A stretch of DNA of 64,000 bases. Origin: an uncultured delta proteobacterium (GTDB lineage: Bacteria > Myxococcota_A > Polyangia > Polyangiales > Polyangiaceae). The stretch is from positions 736,001 through 800,000 of the forward strand of contig CAWKKR010000007.1 in the NCBI GenBank assembly GCA_963850305.1, written 5' to 3'. This document shows, piece by piece, positions 1-10,317 of the stretch. Every line of letters starts with the position of its first letter. The stretch's first letter is position 1. A program made the translations under genes and the position numbers. The notes beneath the pieces were generated by a model that did no database searches, was not told the origin of the DNA, and saw nothing but the letters and a program-made list of their open reading frames with translations.

Positions 1-2
1 CG

Positions 3-2594
3 CTCGCGCGCGATCTCTACACGCGTCTCGGACGTGTCGCGGAGCGGAATCTGGGCGACGACAGGCGGGCCGTCCAGGCGTACACCCGCGCCATCGAACA
101 AGTCGGCGACCAGCCGGAGCTTCTGGAGGCTCTCGATCGCCTCTATGCCCGCATCGGTGACGCGCGAGCGCTGGCGGAAGTCCTCGAGCGGCGCGTAGCC
201 GTCGTCGCCGCGCCCGACGAGCAAGCCAACATCCATTATCGGCTCGCGGTGGTCTTCATCACCGAATTCAAGGAGGCGAGTCGCGGACTCGGGAGTCTGC
301 GGGCGGCGCTCGAGCGGAATCCCGACCACGCGGAAGCGTTGGAAGAAATGGAAGGGCTCACGGACGACCGTGATCTGTTCGAGGAGGCGGCAGAGGTCCT
401 CGAGCACGTGTATCGGAGTCGTGGCCGCACCGATCGTCTGGCCGCGTTGTTCGAGAAGCGCGTTGGATTCGCTGGCTCCCCGGCGGAGCGGATCGATATG
501 CGACGGAATCTCGCGCGGGTTCTGGAGGAGGAGGCACGGGATCCTGCTGCCGCGCAGCGGGTGCTGCAACAGGGGCTCATGGACGATCCGTCGGACTCGG
601 CGCTCCTCGAGCAGATCGAGCGACTCGCTCCGATCACCGGAAACTGGGAAGGCGCCGCGTCGTCTCTCCGCGACGCGATCGAGAAAAAGCTCGATCTGGT
701 TCCGGACGTCGCGCGAGATCTGTCCGTCCGGGTCGCGGTCTGGTACCGGGACCGAGCCGAAGATCCGAAGGCGGCCGAGAAGGCCCTCGAGAAGGCCCTC
801 GAGTTCGACCCGAATAGCGACGAGGTTCTCGTCCAGATCGAGCAGCTCGAATCCGTGCCGGGTCGGGAGCGAGATCTGGTGCAGACCCTCCGAAGGCGCG
901 GGAAGCTCCAGCTGGACGACGACGCCCGCGTCGGGCTCTATCGTCGCGCCAAGGAGCTCGCCGAGGGTCTCGGTGATCGAGAGCTGGCGGAATCCGTCCT
1001 GCGCGAGCTCCTGTCCAAGGACGACTCGAACGCCTGGGCCCTCGCCGAGCTGACGAAGCTTCGCGAGACCGCGGGCGACTCGAAGGAAGTTTTTGCGTTG
1101 CTTCTCCGCCGTGTCGATCTCGGCGTGGACGACACGGAAAGTCGGCGACTCCGGCACCAGGCCGCGCTGATCGCTCGGGACCGGCTTCAGGATTCCGCGA
1201 AGGCGATCGAGCTCTATGCTCGCCTGTTCGAAGACGATCCTGCGGACGCGGACGCCGCCGGAGCGCTCAGGGCCCTTTACGAGGCGTCGAGCGCGCACGG
1301 GGACCTGGCGCGCTTGCTGGAGCGGCTCGTGGACGTTGCGGGGACGCCCGCCGAGCGAGGGGCGATCCGGATGGAGCTTGCGAGGCTCTCTGCCGATCGT
1401 TTCGCGGATCTCGCCAAGGCGGTCGATCTGCTTCGTGGGGTGATAGAAGAAGAACCGGCGCGGGCGGAAGCCGTTCTGGCCCTCGGGGAGCTCTACGAAC
1501 GCGCGACGCGCTACGACGAGCTTGCCGAGCTCCTCGGTGATCAAGTTCGTGCCGCTCACGCGCGGGGGGACGCCGAGGCGGAGGTTGCCTACGACGTGCG
1601 GCTTGCCGACGTCTACGATCGACGCCTCGCCAACCCGAAGAAGGCGATCGAGACGTACGAGGCAATCCTCTCGAGGGACCCTCGGCACCGCGACGCGCTC
1701 GAGGCGGTGGTCCGCCTCTACCAGAGCGCGGGCGATCATGCCTCCGCCGCCAGGAATCTGGAGACCCTGCTCGCCGCCTCGACGGGAGCGGAAGCGCAGG
1801 CGCTCGCCGTCACTCTCGCGGGGGAGTACCGCGCGATCTCGGACCTGGACCGAGCGGGCACCGCGCTCGAGCGCGGGCTCGCGGTGGACCCGACGAATCC
1901 AGCTCTTCGGGATCCGCTGCGTGCTCTCTACGAGGAGAGCGGCGCGTGGGGGAAGCTCTCGGACCTGATCGCCGGCGACGCGGATCTGGCCGAGTCGACC
2001 GATGAGAAGGTGAAGCTGCTGCGCAAGGCTGCGGCCATCCACGCAGGTAAGCGGAGTGACCACGCGGCATCCGCCGCGCTACTCGAACGCGCGAGCGGGT
2101 TGCGCCCCGAGGATCGCGAGCTGATGCTCGAACTCTGTGATGCTTACAGCGCGTCGGGGCGTGGCAAGGCGGCAGTGGAAGTCCTCGAAAAGATCGTCCA
2201 GTCGTTCGGCGGCAAGCGTTCGAAGGAGCTCGCGGAAATCCATCGGCGGCTCGCCAAGGCCTATCTGTCGGACGGTGAGCAGGCGCGCGCGATGGACGAG
2301 CTCGACAAGGCGTTCCGCATAGAGCCCGGCAACGTGCACGTGCTGAAGGAGCTCGGCGGGGTTTCGGTTCAGGTGGGCGATCTGAAGAAAGCGCAGCAGA
2401 TGTTCCGGGCGCTCCTTCTTCAGAAGCTCGACGACGCCGGGCCGATCACCAAGGCGGAGGTTTTCTGCAGTCTCGGGGACGTCCACCTGCGCCTCGGTGA
2501 GAAGCAGAAGGCCGTCCAGATGCTCGAACGCGCGCTGCAGACCGATGCCACGCTGGAGCGCGCCAGGGAGCTACTCGTCCAAGCGAAGGCGTAG
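3..2594 (+). CDS. Giant TPR-repeat protein, 3' part (5' end outside window); myxobacterial AgmK/SgmX-type scaffold
   Basis: The frame is open from base 3 (LARDLYTRLGRVAERNLGDD...) and joins ORF 249..2594. Continuous TPR-like helical repeats (e.g. AIETYEAILSRDPRHRDALEAVVRLY). Confidence 0.85.
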   Translation, partial: LARDLYTRLGRVAERNLGDDRRAVQAYTRAIEQVGDQPELLEALDRLYARIGDARALAEVLERRVAVVAAPDEQANIHYRLAVVFITEFKEASRGLGSLRAALERNPDHAEALEEMEGLTDDRDLFEEAAEVLEHVYRSRGRTDRLAALFEKRVGFAGSPAERIDMRRNLARVLEEEARDPAAAQRVLQQGLMDDPSDSALLEQIERLAPITGNWEGAASSLRDAIEKKLDLVPDVARDLSVRVAVWYRDRAEDPKAAEKALEKALEFDPNSDEVLVQIEQLESVPGRERDLVQTLRRRGKLQLDDDARVGLYRRAKELAEGLGDRELAESVLRELLSKDDSNAWALAELTKLRETAGDSKEVFALLLRRVDLGVDDTESRRLRHQAALIARDRLQDSAKAIELYARLFEDDPADADAAGALRALYEASSAHGDLARLLERLVDVAGTPAERGAIRMELARLSADRFADLAKAVDLLRGVIEEEPARAEAVLALGELYERATRYDELAELLGDQVRAAHARGDAEAEVAYDVRLADVYDRRLANPKKAIETYEAILSRDPRHRDALEAVVRLYQSAGDHASAARNLETLLAASTGAEAQALAVTLAGEYRAISDLDRAGTALERGLAVDPTNPALRDPLRALYEESGAWGKLSDLIAGDADLAESTDEKVKLLRKAAAIHAGKRSDHAASAALLERASGLRPEDRELMLELCDAYSASGRGKAAVEVLEKIVQSFGGKRSKELAEIHRRLAKAYLSDGEQARAMDELDKAFRIEPGNVHVLKELGGVSVQVGDLKKAQQMFRALLLQKLDDAGPITKAEVFCSLGDVHLRLGEKQKAVQMLERALQTDATLERARELLVQAKA

Positions 2595-2596
2595 CC

Positions 2597-3256
2597 GTGG
2601 CCGCGCAGTCGGGGTGCACGCGAACCGCGCTGGGGACGTTGCTCGGCCTCGTCGTCTGGGCGTGGACGCGGACGCTGCGCGTCACGCTCGAGGCGGACCT
2701 CGCGGAGGTGGGGCGCCGCCGCGTGTTCGCCTTCTTGCACGGCCAGCAGATGGCGTTACTCGCGGCACCGTGGGGGCCCGTCGTGGTTCTCGTCAGTCTG
2801 TCTCGGGATGGGGCTATCCAGGCCTCCGTGATGAGGAGGCTCGGGTTCCTCGTCGTACGAGGTTCCTCTTCGCGCGGAGGTGTTCGCGGGCTCGCCGGGA
2901 TCGTACGCGAGCTCTCCGGTGGCGCGGACGCCGCCTTCGCCGTCGACGGTCCGCGGGGGCCGCGTGGCGTTCCGAAACCCGGAGCAGCGCTGGCAGCTTC
3001 GCTGACCGGGGCGGAACTCGTGCCGGTCGCAACCGCAGCTGCGCGATCCATCGTCGTTTCGCGAGCGTGGGATGCCTTCGAGATTCCACTTCCGTTCACG
3101 CGTGTTGCGATAGTCGCTGGAGCGGCGGTTCGCGCAACGGCGGCCCGTTCGGATCCGGAGGTCCTGGGCGCCGCGCTTCGTGGAGCGCGGGCCCGGGCGG
3201 AGCGGATCGTCGGTTGCGACTCGCGGTCGGCCTCCTTGGCGCGCGGCGAGGCCTAG
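2597..3256 (+). CDS. DUF374 / lysophospholipid acyltransferase family protein
   Basis: Motifs AFLHG, VSLSRDG, VRGSSSRGG, AVDGPRGPR and WDAFEIPLPF. Confidence 0.85.
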   Translation: MAAQSGCTRTALGTLLGLVVWAWTRTLRVTLEADLAEVGRRRVFAFLHGQQMALLAAPWGPVVVLVSLSRDGAIQASVMRRLGFLVVRGSSSRGGVRGLAGIVRELSGGADAAFAVDGPRGPRGVPKPGAALAASLTGAELVPVATAAARSIVVSRAWDAFEIPLPFTRVAIVAGAAVRATAARSDPEVLGAALRGARARAERIVGCDSRSASLARGEA

Positions 3257-3258
3257 TC

Positions 3259-4122
3259 ATGGGGCGCATTGCCATGATCGACGGTGTCTTGTCGCCTCTC
3301 GAGCGTGCGACGGTTGGCGTCGAGGACCGAGGATTCCTGTACGGAGACTCCGTGTTCGAGACCCTCCGGACGTACGACGGTCATCCGTTCGCACTCGACG
3401 AGCATATCGAGCGTCTCGCGCGCAGCGCAGCGCTCGTACATATTCCGCTTCCCATCGGGAAGTCCTCGCTCGTGAGTGAAGTACTTGCGGCGATCGGCGC
3501 TGCGGGAAACCCGGAGAGCTACGTCCGTGTCATGGTCACCAGAGGCTCCGGCGAGCTCGGTCTGGATCCGTCGCTCGCGGCGAATCCTCTGCGCGTCATC
3601 CTGGTGACGCCGCTCGACCCACCAGCACGGGGAGTTTACGAGCGGGGGATTCGTGCGGTGACGTTCGCGACGCGAAGGCACGCGGATGGCACGGAAGGGG
3701 CAGGCGCCAAGATCGGCAACTATCTCGTCAGCGTGCTCGCCATGCGGACCGCAAGGGAAGCAGGTGCGGGCGAGGCTCTGATCGTGGACCGTGACGGTTT
3801 CGTCGTCGAGGGGGCGACGTCGAACGTCTTCTTCGTTCTCGGTGAGACGCTCGTGACACCACCGGAAGGTTCGGGAATCCTGCCCGGGATCACACGCTCC
3901 GTGTTGCTCCGGCTCGCGCCGAGGACGGGATTGCGCGTCGAGTTCCGGGCACCTCGGACGAACGAGTTCGGCGCCTTCGACGAGGTATTCGTCTCTTCGA
4001 GCATCCGGGAACTTCTTGCCGTCGTTGCAATCGACGGGGCCGCCGTCGGTGGCGGGACTCCAGGTCCGGTTTCATGGAGGCTCCTCGACGCATTCCGCGC
4101 ATACACGCGGAATGCGGTCTGA
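3259..4122 (+). CDS. Aminotransferase class IV (BCAT / D-amino-acid transaminase / ADC lyase-like)
   Basis: ATG at 3259; DRGFLYGDSVFETLR, HIERL, EGATSNVF, ILPGITR, EVFVSSS. Confidence 0.92.
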   Translation: MGRIAMIDGVLSPLERATVGVEDRGFLYGDSVFETLRTYDGHPFALDEHIERLARSAALVHIPLPIGKSSLVSEVLAAIGAAGNPESYVRVMVTRGSGELGLDPSLAANPLRVILVTPLDPPARGVYERGIRAVTFATRRHADGTEGAGAKIGNYLVSVLAMRTAREAGAGEALIVDRDGFVVEGATSNVFFVLGETLVTPPEGSGILPGITRSVLLRLAPRTGLRVEFRAPRTNEFGAFDEVFVSSSIRELLAVVAIDGAAVGGGTPGPVSWRLLDAFRAYTRNAV

Positions 4123-4134
4123 CGCCCGTCCTTG

Positions 4135-5265
4135 CTACGGCGTCGGTTGCTCGGGGGCGGGCGCGGCGACCTGGCGTTGCGTCGGAATGCGAAGCTTGCC
4201 TCCGCCTTGGGCGATCATCAGCGCCACGGCCTTGTCGAAGAAGGCCTTCAAGAACGGAACCTCACGCGGCGGATTTGTCACGAGTCCGCACTTTTCGATG
4301 ACCTTCATCGCCGCCGAGATTTCCAGCGCGCGGTGCTCGCCCTCTCGACCGAGCGCGGATAGTGCGCTGTCCTTCATGCGCCGCACCAGCTCCACGCGGA
4401 ATTCGGGCGTGAAGAACCGGTCCGTCGCCGCCTCCGCTTCGGCCTTCAGGTGCTCCGTCACGACTCCCGGCTCGGGCGTTTCGCCGGGCACCAGTTTCTG
4501 ACCAACCTTCGCGAGGAGCTCCTCGATCGCCGTGTTGGTGGGCAGCCAGCCTCGAAACTCGGGGAGGCTGTGGAGGGAAGCCGAGCCCTTCGCCATCTCC
4601 GCGGCGTCCTCGTCCGACAGCTCGAACCCCTCCTCGTCGAACGGGTGCGGAACCGGCTCGGGTACGGGTTCGATCAGCGGCGCAGCTGTCGTGAGTCCGA
4701 GCGGCTCCGGGAGTCCGCGCTCGCGATGAATTCGCCGCGCTTCGGCGATGCGAGATCGGGCCCAGGGAACAGGGACGACGGTCGCGCCGTATCCCGCGCC
4801 TGGTAGCACTTTTCCGAAATACTCTTTCAGCTGTGTCTGGCTCATGGTGGCGTTTTCGACGCGAGCGACGCCCTGTGCGCCGTGCAGATACACGAACGCC
4901 GCGCGATACCGGCCGCTTGCCGGGCGCGAAGTGACGGCAAACAGCTGCATACCGCCGGAGTCGGGCGCCATCATCCAGGCTTCCACGACTTCCGGCGCGC
5001 TCGCAGCTGAGAGTGCCGCGACGCGCCGCAGATTCGGGATCGGGACGCCGCGGGAGCGGAGCACGTTCAGTCCCCGCCGGGCGGCCTTTCGGGCCGCGCC
5101 TTCACCGTGTTCGCTGACCTCGAGCACGGCCGCCGCATTTGCGTGGTCGACCCACGAACGTATCAACTCCTCCGCCCGTTGCCCGGCTTCGCGAGCGGCC
5201 TGGATTGCGGTTTCGGCGTTCGCCTGCAGGAGGCGCGGCTCGAGAGCTACGGAATTCTTCGACAT
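4135..5265 (-). CDS. Hypothetical protein (~376 aa)
   Basis: Long ORF with protein-like composition and a likely ATG at 5265 (MSKNSVALEPR). No recognised catalytic motif. Confidence 0.7.
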   Translation of the reverse strand: MSKNSVALEPRLLQANAETAIQAAREAGQRAEELIRSWVDHANAAAVLEVSEHGEGAARKAARRGLNVLRSRGVPIPNLRRVAALSAASAPEVVEAWMMAPDSGGMQLFAVTSRPASGRYRAAFVYLHGAQGVARVENATMSQTQLKEYFGKVLPGAGYGATVVPVPWARSRIAEARRIHRERGLPEPLGLTTAAPLIEPVPEPVPHPFDEEGFELSDEDAAEMAKGSASLHSLPEFRGWLPTNTAIEELLAKVGQKLVPGETPEPGVVTEHLKAEAEAATDRFFTPEFRVELVRRMKDSALSALGREGEHRALEISAAMKVIEKCGLVTNPPREVPFLKAFFDKAVALMIAQGGGKLRIPTQRQVAAPAPEQPTP

Positions 5266-5327
5266 TGAACTCGCAGGATACCAAAAAACGAGTGCCCCCT
5301 CCTCCCGCTTCGCGTGGAGGTGACGTC

Positions 5328-5768
5328 TCAAGCTCGATGCGACTCAGATGCTTGAGCGTCGTTCGTCGCACGAGCTGGATCCACTTCCGCGATGAGCTCG
5401 ATCTCGATACGGGCTCCGAGGGGAAGCGCCGCGACCTGGACCGTCGAGCGCGCGGGAGGGGCAGCCCGGAAGTAGCCGGCGTACACGCCGTTGACGGTCC
5501 CGAAGTCGGCGAGGTTCGTCAGAAATAGGGTCGCCTTGACGACCCGGTCGAACGTCGTCCCGGCGGCGTCGAGCACGGCACGGAGGTTCTCCATCACCCG
5601 GCGCGTCTGGTCCTCTATCGAGTCCCCCGTGAGCTTGCCGGTTGCCGGATCGAGCGCAATCTGGCCACTCGTGAAGAGGAATCCGCCCGAGCGTACGGCT
5701 TGACTGTATGGGCCGACGGCTTTCGGAGCGTGCTCGGTCGCCACGGTTCTGCCGCTCTCCGGCTGCAT
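5328..5768 (-). CDS. ridA: RidA/YjgF family enamine deaminase
   Basis: APKAVGPYSQA, FTSGQIALDP, VVKATLFL, PARSTVQVAALPLGARIEIE. ATG at 5768. Confidence 0.93.
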   Translation of the reverse strand: MQPESGRTVATEHAPKAVGPYSQAVRSGGFLFTSGQIALDPATGKLTGDSIEDQTRRVMENLRAVLDAAGTTFDRVVKATLFLTNLADFGTVNGVYAGYFRAAPPARSTVQVAALPLGARIEIELIAEVDPARATNDAQASESHRA

Positions 5769-5830
5769 GTGCCCTCGATAGTCGATCGGGGGCGCCGGCA
5801 AAATCAAGCAGGGAGGCACCCCGCGGGACG

Positions 5831-6451
5831 TTATCGCGGAGCATCCACGGACCGTCGGCCGCTGATCGCGCGCCCCAGCGTTATTTGGTCGGAAAACTCG
5901 AGGTCCCCACCGTGAGGCACGCCGCTCGCGATGCGGGTCACCATCAGGCCGAGCGCGGATAACTCTTGAGCGAGCAAGAGCGCCGTGGCTTCTCCGTCCA
6001 CCGACGGTGGGGTGGCCAGGATCACCTCTTTGACCCCGTCCGCGCCAGCGAGAGCCGCCAGCTGGGCGAGCGGAAGTTCGTCCGGACCGACCCCATCGAG
6101 CGGCGAGAGCAGCCTTCCGAGCACGAAATATCTCCCGCGCATGGCGCCGCTGCGCTCGACCGCCAGGAGATCCTGCACTCGAGCGACCACGCAAAGTACG
6201 GACGGATCACGTCGCGAGTCGAGGCAGACGGCGCAGAGGGCGTGGCCCGACTCGTCGATCTCGGCGATGTTTCGACAGCGCTCGCACGCCCTCACTCTCG
6301 AGGCGAGGGTGGAAAGCTCGTTTCCGAGATCCGCCGCCAGCGTTCCCGATTCCGAAGCGAGGAACAGGACGTGGCGTTGCGCGGTCTTCTCGCCAACGCC
6401 CGGCAATCGGGAGAGCAGGTGAATCAGCGTGCGCAATCTATCCGGAAGCAA
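5831..6451 (-). CDS. recR: Recombination mediator RecR
   Basis: LPGVGEKTAQR HhH motif, C4 zinc finger, Toprim segment LSPLDGVGP / EVILAT / GEATA. TTG start. Confidence 0.97.
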   Translation of the reverse strand: MLPDRLRTLIHLLSRLPGVGEKTAQRHVLFLASESGTLAADLGNELSTLASRVRACERCRNIAEIDESGHALCAVCLDSRRDPSVLCVVARVQDLLAVERSGAMRGRYFVLGRLLSPLDGVGPDELPLAQLAALAGADGVKEVILATPPSVDGEATALLLAQELSALGLMVTRIASGVPHGGDLEFSDQITLGRAISGRRSVDAPR

Positions 6452-6479
6452 TCGTCAATCCTTGGTTCGTCGCGTTGCC

Positions 6480-8309
6480 TCACTCGTCCGGCAGCCGGAT
6501 CTCTTTCAGACGTGCTCCGAGGATCTGCGCTGCTTCCGTTATCCTGGGATGATCTTTCGCGCGCGCGAGCGCCTCGCGTTGCCTCTCGGTTCGCGCCTGG
6601 CTGTCCAGTGCCGACACGGAGATGCCCGTGGTGCCTGGCGTCGTGGTGTCGAACTTCAGCGTGGGCTCCTTGCCGAAGTGTTCACGCGCCGCCTGCCGGA
6701 CGACGCCGAGTGATTCCGCCGCCTTCGCGCTGCGTTCGAACACGCTGCCTTGCTCGAATCCGACGACAATCTGTTCCTGATCGACCCGCACGAGGGTCCC
6801 GTGCTGCAAGACCGCCGCGAGGTCGGGGCGAACCGCGCGCACTCGCTCCAGAACGCTCCGCCAGGCGTCGAGTCCCGCCGCGTCCGACGCCGAGGGCGCG
6901 CCTGATTGCTCCGCCGGCTTTCCCTCGCCAGTTCTCGGCTCTCCTCCGCCGTGCGGCGGTGGCGAAGAGGATTCTCCTGGACGGTCCTCCTTCGCGAGCG
7001 ACGTCGCGGGCGGTCTCGAAGGTTCGTGCGCCCCGTTCGACCCACTCGCACGAGTGCGTTCCGGGGTCTGCGAGCGCTGGGCCCCTCCACTCGAAACCGG
7101 GGGCACGCCCGCTGGTGTGGGGGCGTTGCCCCGTGGCGCGGCGCCGAGGCGCTTTTCGAGCGCGATCAACCGGGTCACGAGATCGTCGATCGGGATGAGC
7201 TGGGGCCGCCGCGCCAGGCGCACACAAAGCATTTCGAGAGCCGCGCGGACCTGTCCACTCCGGACGACATCGTCGAAGCCGCTGCTCATGCCCTGGTGCA
7301 GCCGGACGAGATCATCGGCCGTGGTTCGCGCCGCGAGGGCCCCCACGTCCGAGCGCTCCTCGTCGGCCAGGTCCACGAGATCCGCCGTGTCCTCGCACGT
7401 CTTCATCACGACGAGGTCACGCAGCATGGCCAACAGATCGCGCGCGACGGACGTAAGATCGTACCCCTGGCTCGCCAGCCGCCCGAGGATATCGAGGCAA
7501 GTCGCGGCGTTTCCGTCCACGAGCGCACCCGAGAGTTCATGCAAGACACTTCGGCTGGCCACGCCGAGCACTCGCGCCACCGATTCGCCGTCCAGGGCCT
7601 GGTCATTCCACGCGATGACCTGATCCAGGAGGCTCATGGCGTCCCGCATGCTGCCGGCCGCTTCCCGCGCGATGATGGACAAGCCGTGCTCGTCGCTGCC
7701 GATGCCTTCGGCGTCGAGGACGTGTTTCAACCGCTTTGCGATGAGCCTCGTCGGAATCAGCTTGAAGTCGAAACGCTGAACGCGCGATAGGATCGTGACC
7801 GGGACCTTGTGAACCTCGGTGGTCGCGAAGATGAACTTCACGTGCGGAGGCGGCTCTTCGAGCGTCTTCAGGAACGCGTTCCACGCGCTCTGCGACAGCA
7901 TGTGGACTTCGTCCACGATGAAGATCTTGTATCGATCTCTCGCGGGTCGGTAGGGAAGGGAATCCTGGAGTTTTCGGACCTCGTCGACGCCGTTGTAGCT
8001 CGCGCCGTCGATTTCACGGACGTCGATGTCGGTGCCTGCGGTGATCTCCTTGCACGCCGGGCATTCGAGGCAAGGCGTCGCGGTTGGCCCGCTGAGGGGG
8101 GCGGCGGCCGTTCCCGTGCAGTTCAACGCCTTCGCCAGTATCCGAGCCGAGGTCGTCTTGCCAACGCCGCGCACGCCCGTGAAGAGAAATGCGTGCGCGA
8201 CCCTCCCGGATTGGATCGCATTTGCCAGCGTCCGCGACACGTGGCCCTGTCCGATGAGATCCTCGAAGGACATCGGGCGCCATTTGCGGGCGAGAACGAC
8301 GTAGCTCAT
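6480..8309 (-). CDS. dnaX: DNA polymerase III subunit gamma/tau
   Basis: MSYVVLARKWRP, Walker A GVRGVGKTT, DEVHML, LKTLEEPP, Pro-rich linker. Confidence 0.98.
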   Translation of the reverse strand: MSYVVLARKWRPMSFEDLIGQGHVSRTLANAIQSGRVAHAFLFTGVRGVGKTTSARILAKALNCTGTAAAPLSGPTATPCLECPACKEITAGTDIDVREIDGASYNGVDEVRKLQDSLPYRPARDRYKIFIVDEVHMLSQSAWNAFLKTLEEPPPHVKFIFATTEVHKVPVTILSRVQRFDFKLIPTRLIAKRLKHVLDAEGIGSDEHGLSIIAREAAGSMRDAMSLLDQVIAWNDQALDGESVARVLGVASRSVLHELSGALVDGNAATCLDILGRLASQGYDLTSVARDLLAMLRDLVVMKTCEDTADLVDLADEERSDVGALAARTTADDLVRLHQGMSSGFDDVVRSGQVRAALEMLCVRLARRPQLIPIDDLVTRLIALEKRLGAAPRGNAPTPAGVPPVSSGGAQRSQTPERTRASGSNGAHEPSRPPATSLAKEDRPGESSSPPPHGGGEPRTGEGKPAEQSGAPSASDAAGLDAWRSVLERVRAVRPDLAAVLQHGTLVRVDQEQIVVGFEQGSVFERSAKAAESLGVVRQAAREHFGKEPTLKFDTTTPGTTGISVSALDSQARTERQREALARAKDHPRITEAAQILGARLKEIRLPDE

Positions 8310-8389
8310 GCTCGACTTCACCGCGTAGCAGATCGCTCTCCAGGCCAAAAGGGCTCCAGTCGGATCGATCGCGGAGTCGAGCTCCGCCG

Positions 8390-9895
8390 ATGAACTCTCC
8401 GCTGATTGCAGGGTTGTTCGTGGGTTGGACGGCCGTCCAGCTCGCCGTGGGAGCGTTCTTCCTTCAGGCGTATCTCGCGCGACGTAGGGAGGTCGAATAT
8501 CTTCTGTTCGCGCTCCTTTGCCTGGCGATGGCGGTAGCCGACGCCGGACTGACGGGGGTCAGCGCAATCCACGGCATGTCGCACTGGCTGCTGGCGACTA
8601 CACTCGTGCACACGGGGGCCCTCTTCGCGACGGCCCTCAACGTTCATTTCGTTTTCCAGCTCGTCCTGCCGAAGCACGTGCCGCACGTTTCTCCCGCGGC
8701 GTACGTGGTCGCGGCGGCGTACGCCGCCGTCATCGCCTTCGGTGGCTGGTGGGTACCTGGCACGACTCACGTCATTCACATCACGGTGTCTGGCATTCGA
8801 ATCGACACGGTACTGGCGAAGCCGACGCTGGTCGGTATTTCCGCGTACGTCACGATGCTGGGGGCGAACCTGATCGGGGCCGTCACGCTGGTCGGCGCCT
8901 ATCGCGGCGGACGCCGCGAGTTGCGCGGCGCCATTCTGGGGCTCGTTCTCTCGATCGGTTGCGCGCTGAGCGACGTTCTCTCGGTGGCCTTTCAGCTAGG
9001 CACGCCGCCGCTCTTCCCATACGGGTTCTTGATCTACGGATTCGGCATCGCGGACACCCTTCTGGTTCGCTACCGGGATGCAGCGGAGGAACTCGAAGTG
9101 ACGGCTAGCGAGCTCCGGAGCGCCACCGAGGAACTTACGAACTCCTACCTCGAGCTCAGCGTCGTCCAAGAGGAGCTGTTTCATAAACGGCAGCTTGCGT
9201 CGGTAGGTGAGCTTGCCGCGGCGATCGCGCACGAAGTCAGAAATCCTCTCGCCGTCATCGTGAACGCCGCGGCGAGTCTCAAGCGCCCCAGTCTCGGCCC
9301 CGAAGATCGCAACACGCTGTTCGGGATCATCGAGGAGGAGATCCGGCGGCTGAACAACATCGTGACGGAGCTCGTCCGGTACGCTCGTCCCATGAACGTG
9401 CGCCGCGAAGACGTCGTGCTGGGCGAAGTCGTAAAGGTACTCGGGGAGTCGTTCGACGATCGGTATTCACTCACGCTGAAAAGCGTGCCGGGTGCCGACA
9501 TCGAGACAGTCTGGGCGGATCCGAGCTTGCTGAGGCTGGCGATGCAGAACCTCGTCGACAACGCGTGCCAGGCGATGCCGGGAGGAGGCTCGATCATCGT
9601 GACCGCCACGAGGGACCGCGTCGGCGAAACGGCCGGCGTGCGGATCGAGGTCACCGACACCGGCCAAGGCATGGACTCACGAACCCTCCGTCGGGCAATG
9701 GACCCGTTCTTCAGCACGCGCCCGAGCGGCACGGGTCTCGGACTGCCGATCACGGGCCGCATCGTCGAAGCACACGGCGGGCGAGTGGACGTTCAAAGTC
9801 GCGCTGGTGAGGGCACGACGGTGGCGCTGTTCGTCCCCGACAGACGCACGGAACAACGGTTGCCGGACCCTTCGCGAATATCTTCACCCGGATGA
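8390..9895 (+). CDS. Multi-TM sensor histidine kinase (PilS/NtrB-like)
   Basis: About 7 N-terminal hydrophobic helices; H-box AHEVRNPL; NLVDNA, DTGQG, PFFSTR, GTGLGL. Confidence 0.93.
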   Translation: MNSPLIAGLFVGWTAVQLAVGAFFLQAYLARRREVEYLLFALLCLAMAVADAGLTGVSAIHGMSHWLLATTLVHTGALFATALNVHFVFQLVLPKHVPHVSPAAYVVAAAYAAVIAFGGWWVPGTTHVIHITVSGIRIDTVLAKPTLVGISAYVTMLGANLIGAVTLVGAYRGGRRELRGAILGLVLSIGCALSDVLSVAFQLGTPPLFPYGFLIYGFGIADTLLVRYRDAAEELEVTASELRSATEELTNSYLELSVVQEELFHKRQLASVGELAAAIAHEVRNPLAVIVNAAASLKRPSLGPEDRNTLFGIIEEEIRRLNNIVTELVRYARPMNVRREDVVLGEVVKVLGESFDDRYSLTLKSVPGADIETVWADPSLLRLAMQNLVDNACQAMPGGGSIIVTATRDRVGETAGVRIEVTDTGQGMDSRTLRRAMDPFFSTRPSGTGLGLPITGRIVEAHGGRVDVQSRAGEGTTVALFVPDRRTEQRLPDPSRISSPG

Positions 9896-9939
9896 GTTCT
9901 TGTTGCGGGGGAGGTCGGGTCACCGCATGCTCGATGGAG

Positions 9940-10293
9940 ATGGCTCAGAGGAAGCGTCTCGTATTCGTCTGCGTGAACCGCCGTCCGGACGGTACGCCGA
10001 AGGGCTCCTGTGCGGCCCGTGGAGCCGTGGAAGTACACGCCGCGCTCAAAGCCGCGCTGAAGGAACACGGTCTGGCCGAGATCGGCGCGCGCGCCTGCAC
10101 ATCGAGCTGCCTCGATGCGTGCTGGGCGGGCCCGTGCATCGCCGTGGAACCGGACCATTTCTATTACGGCAGAGTGCGCGTGGCCGACGTGCCTGAGATC
10201 GTCGATGCGATCGAACGAGGTCGTCGCGTCGAGCGCCTCGTACTCGGCCCTGAAGACTTCGTCGAGCCGGCGGAGCTACGACGTCGCGAGTGA
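9940..10293 (+). CDS. Thioredoxin-like [2Fe-2S] ferredoxin
   Basis: VFVCVNRR..KGSC, SCLDAC..GP, YGRVRVADVPEIV. Start could instead be 9934. Confidence 0.88.
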   Translation: MAQRKRLVFVCVNRRPDGTPKGSCAARGAVEVHAALKAALKEHGLAEIGARACTSSCLDACWAGPCIAVEPDHFYYGRVRVADVPEIVDAIERGRRVERLVLGPEDFVEPAELRRRE

Positions 10294-10317
10294 GCGGCTC
10301 GCCCCGGAGAGGCTGCC

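Noticed and set aside
6480..8309. Programmed -1 frameshift in dnaX (E. coli-type A AAA AAG)
   Set aside because: No such slippery heptamer seen; only a short AAAAG in LEKR.
8310..8389. SRP RNA or tRNA-Ser upstream of dnaX
   Set aside because: The gap is only 80 bp, is shared with a divergent kinase gene, and shows no SRP or cloverleaf signature.
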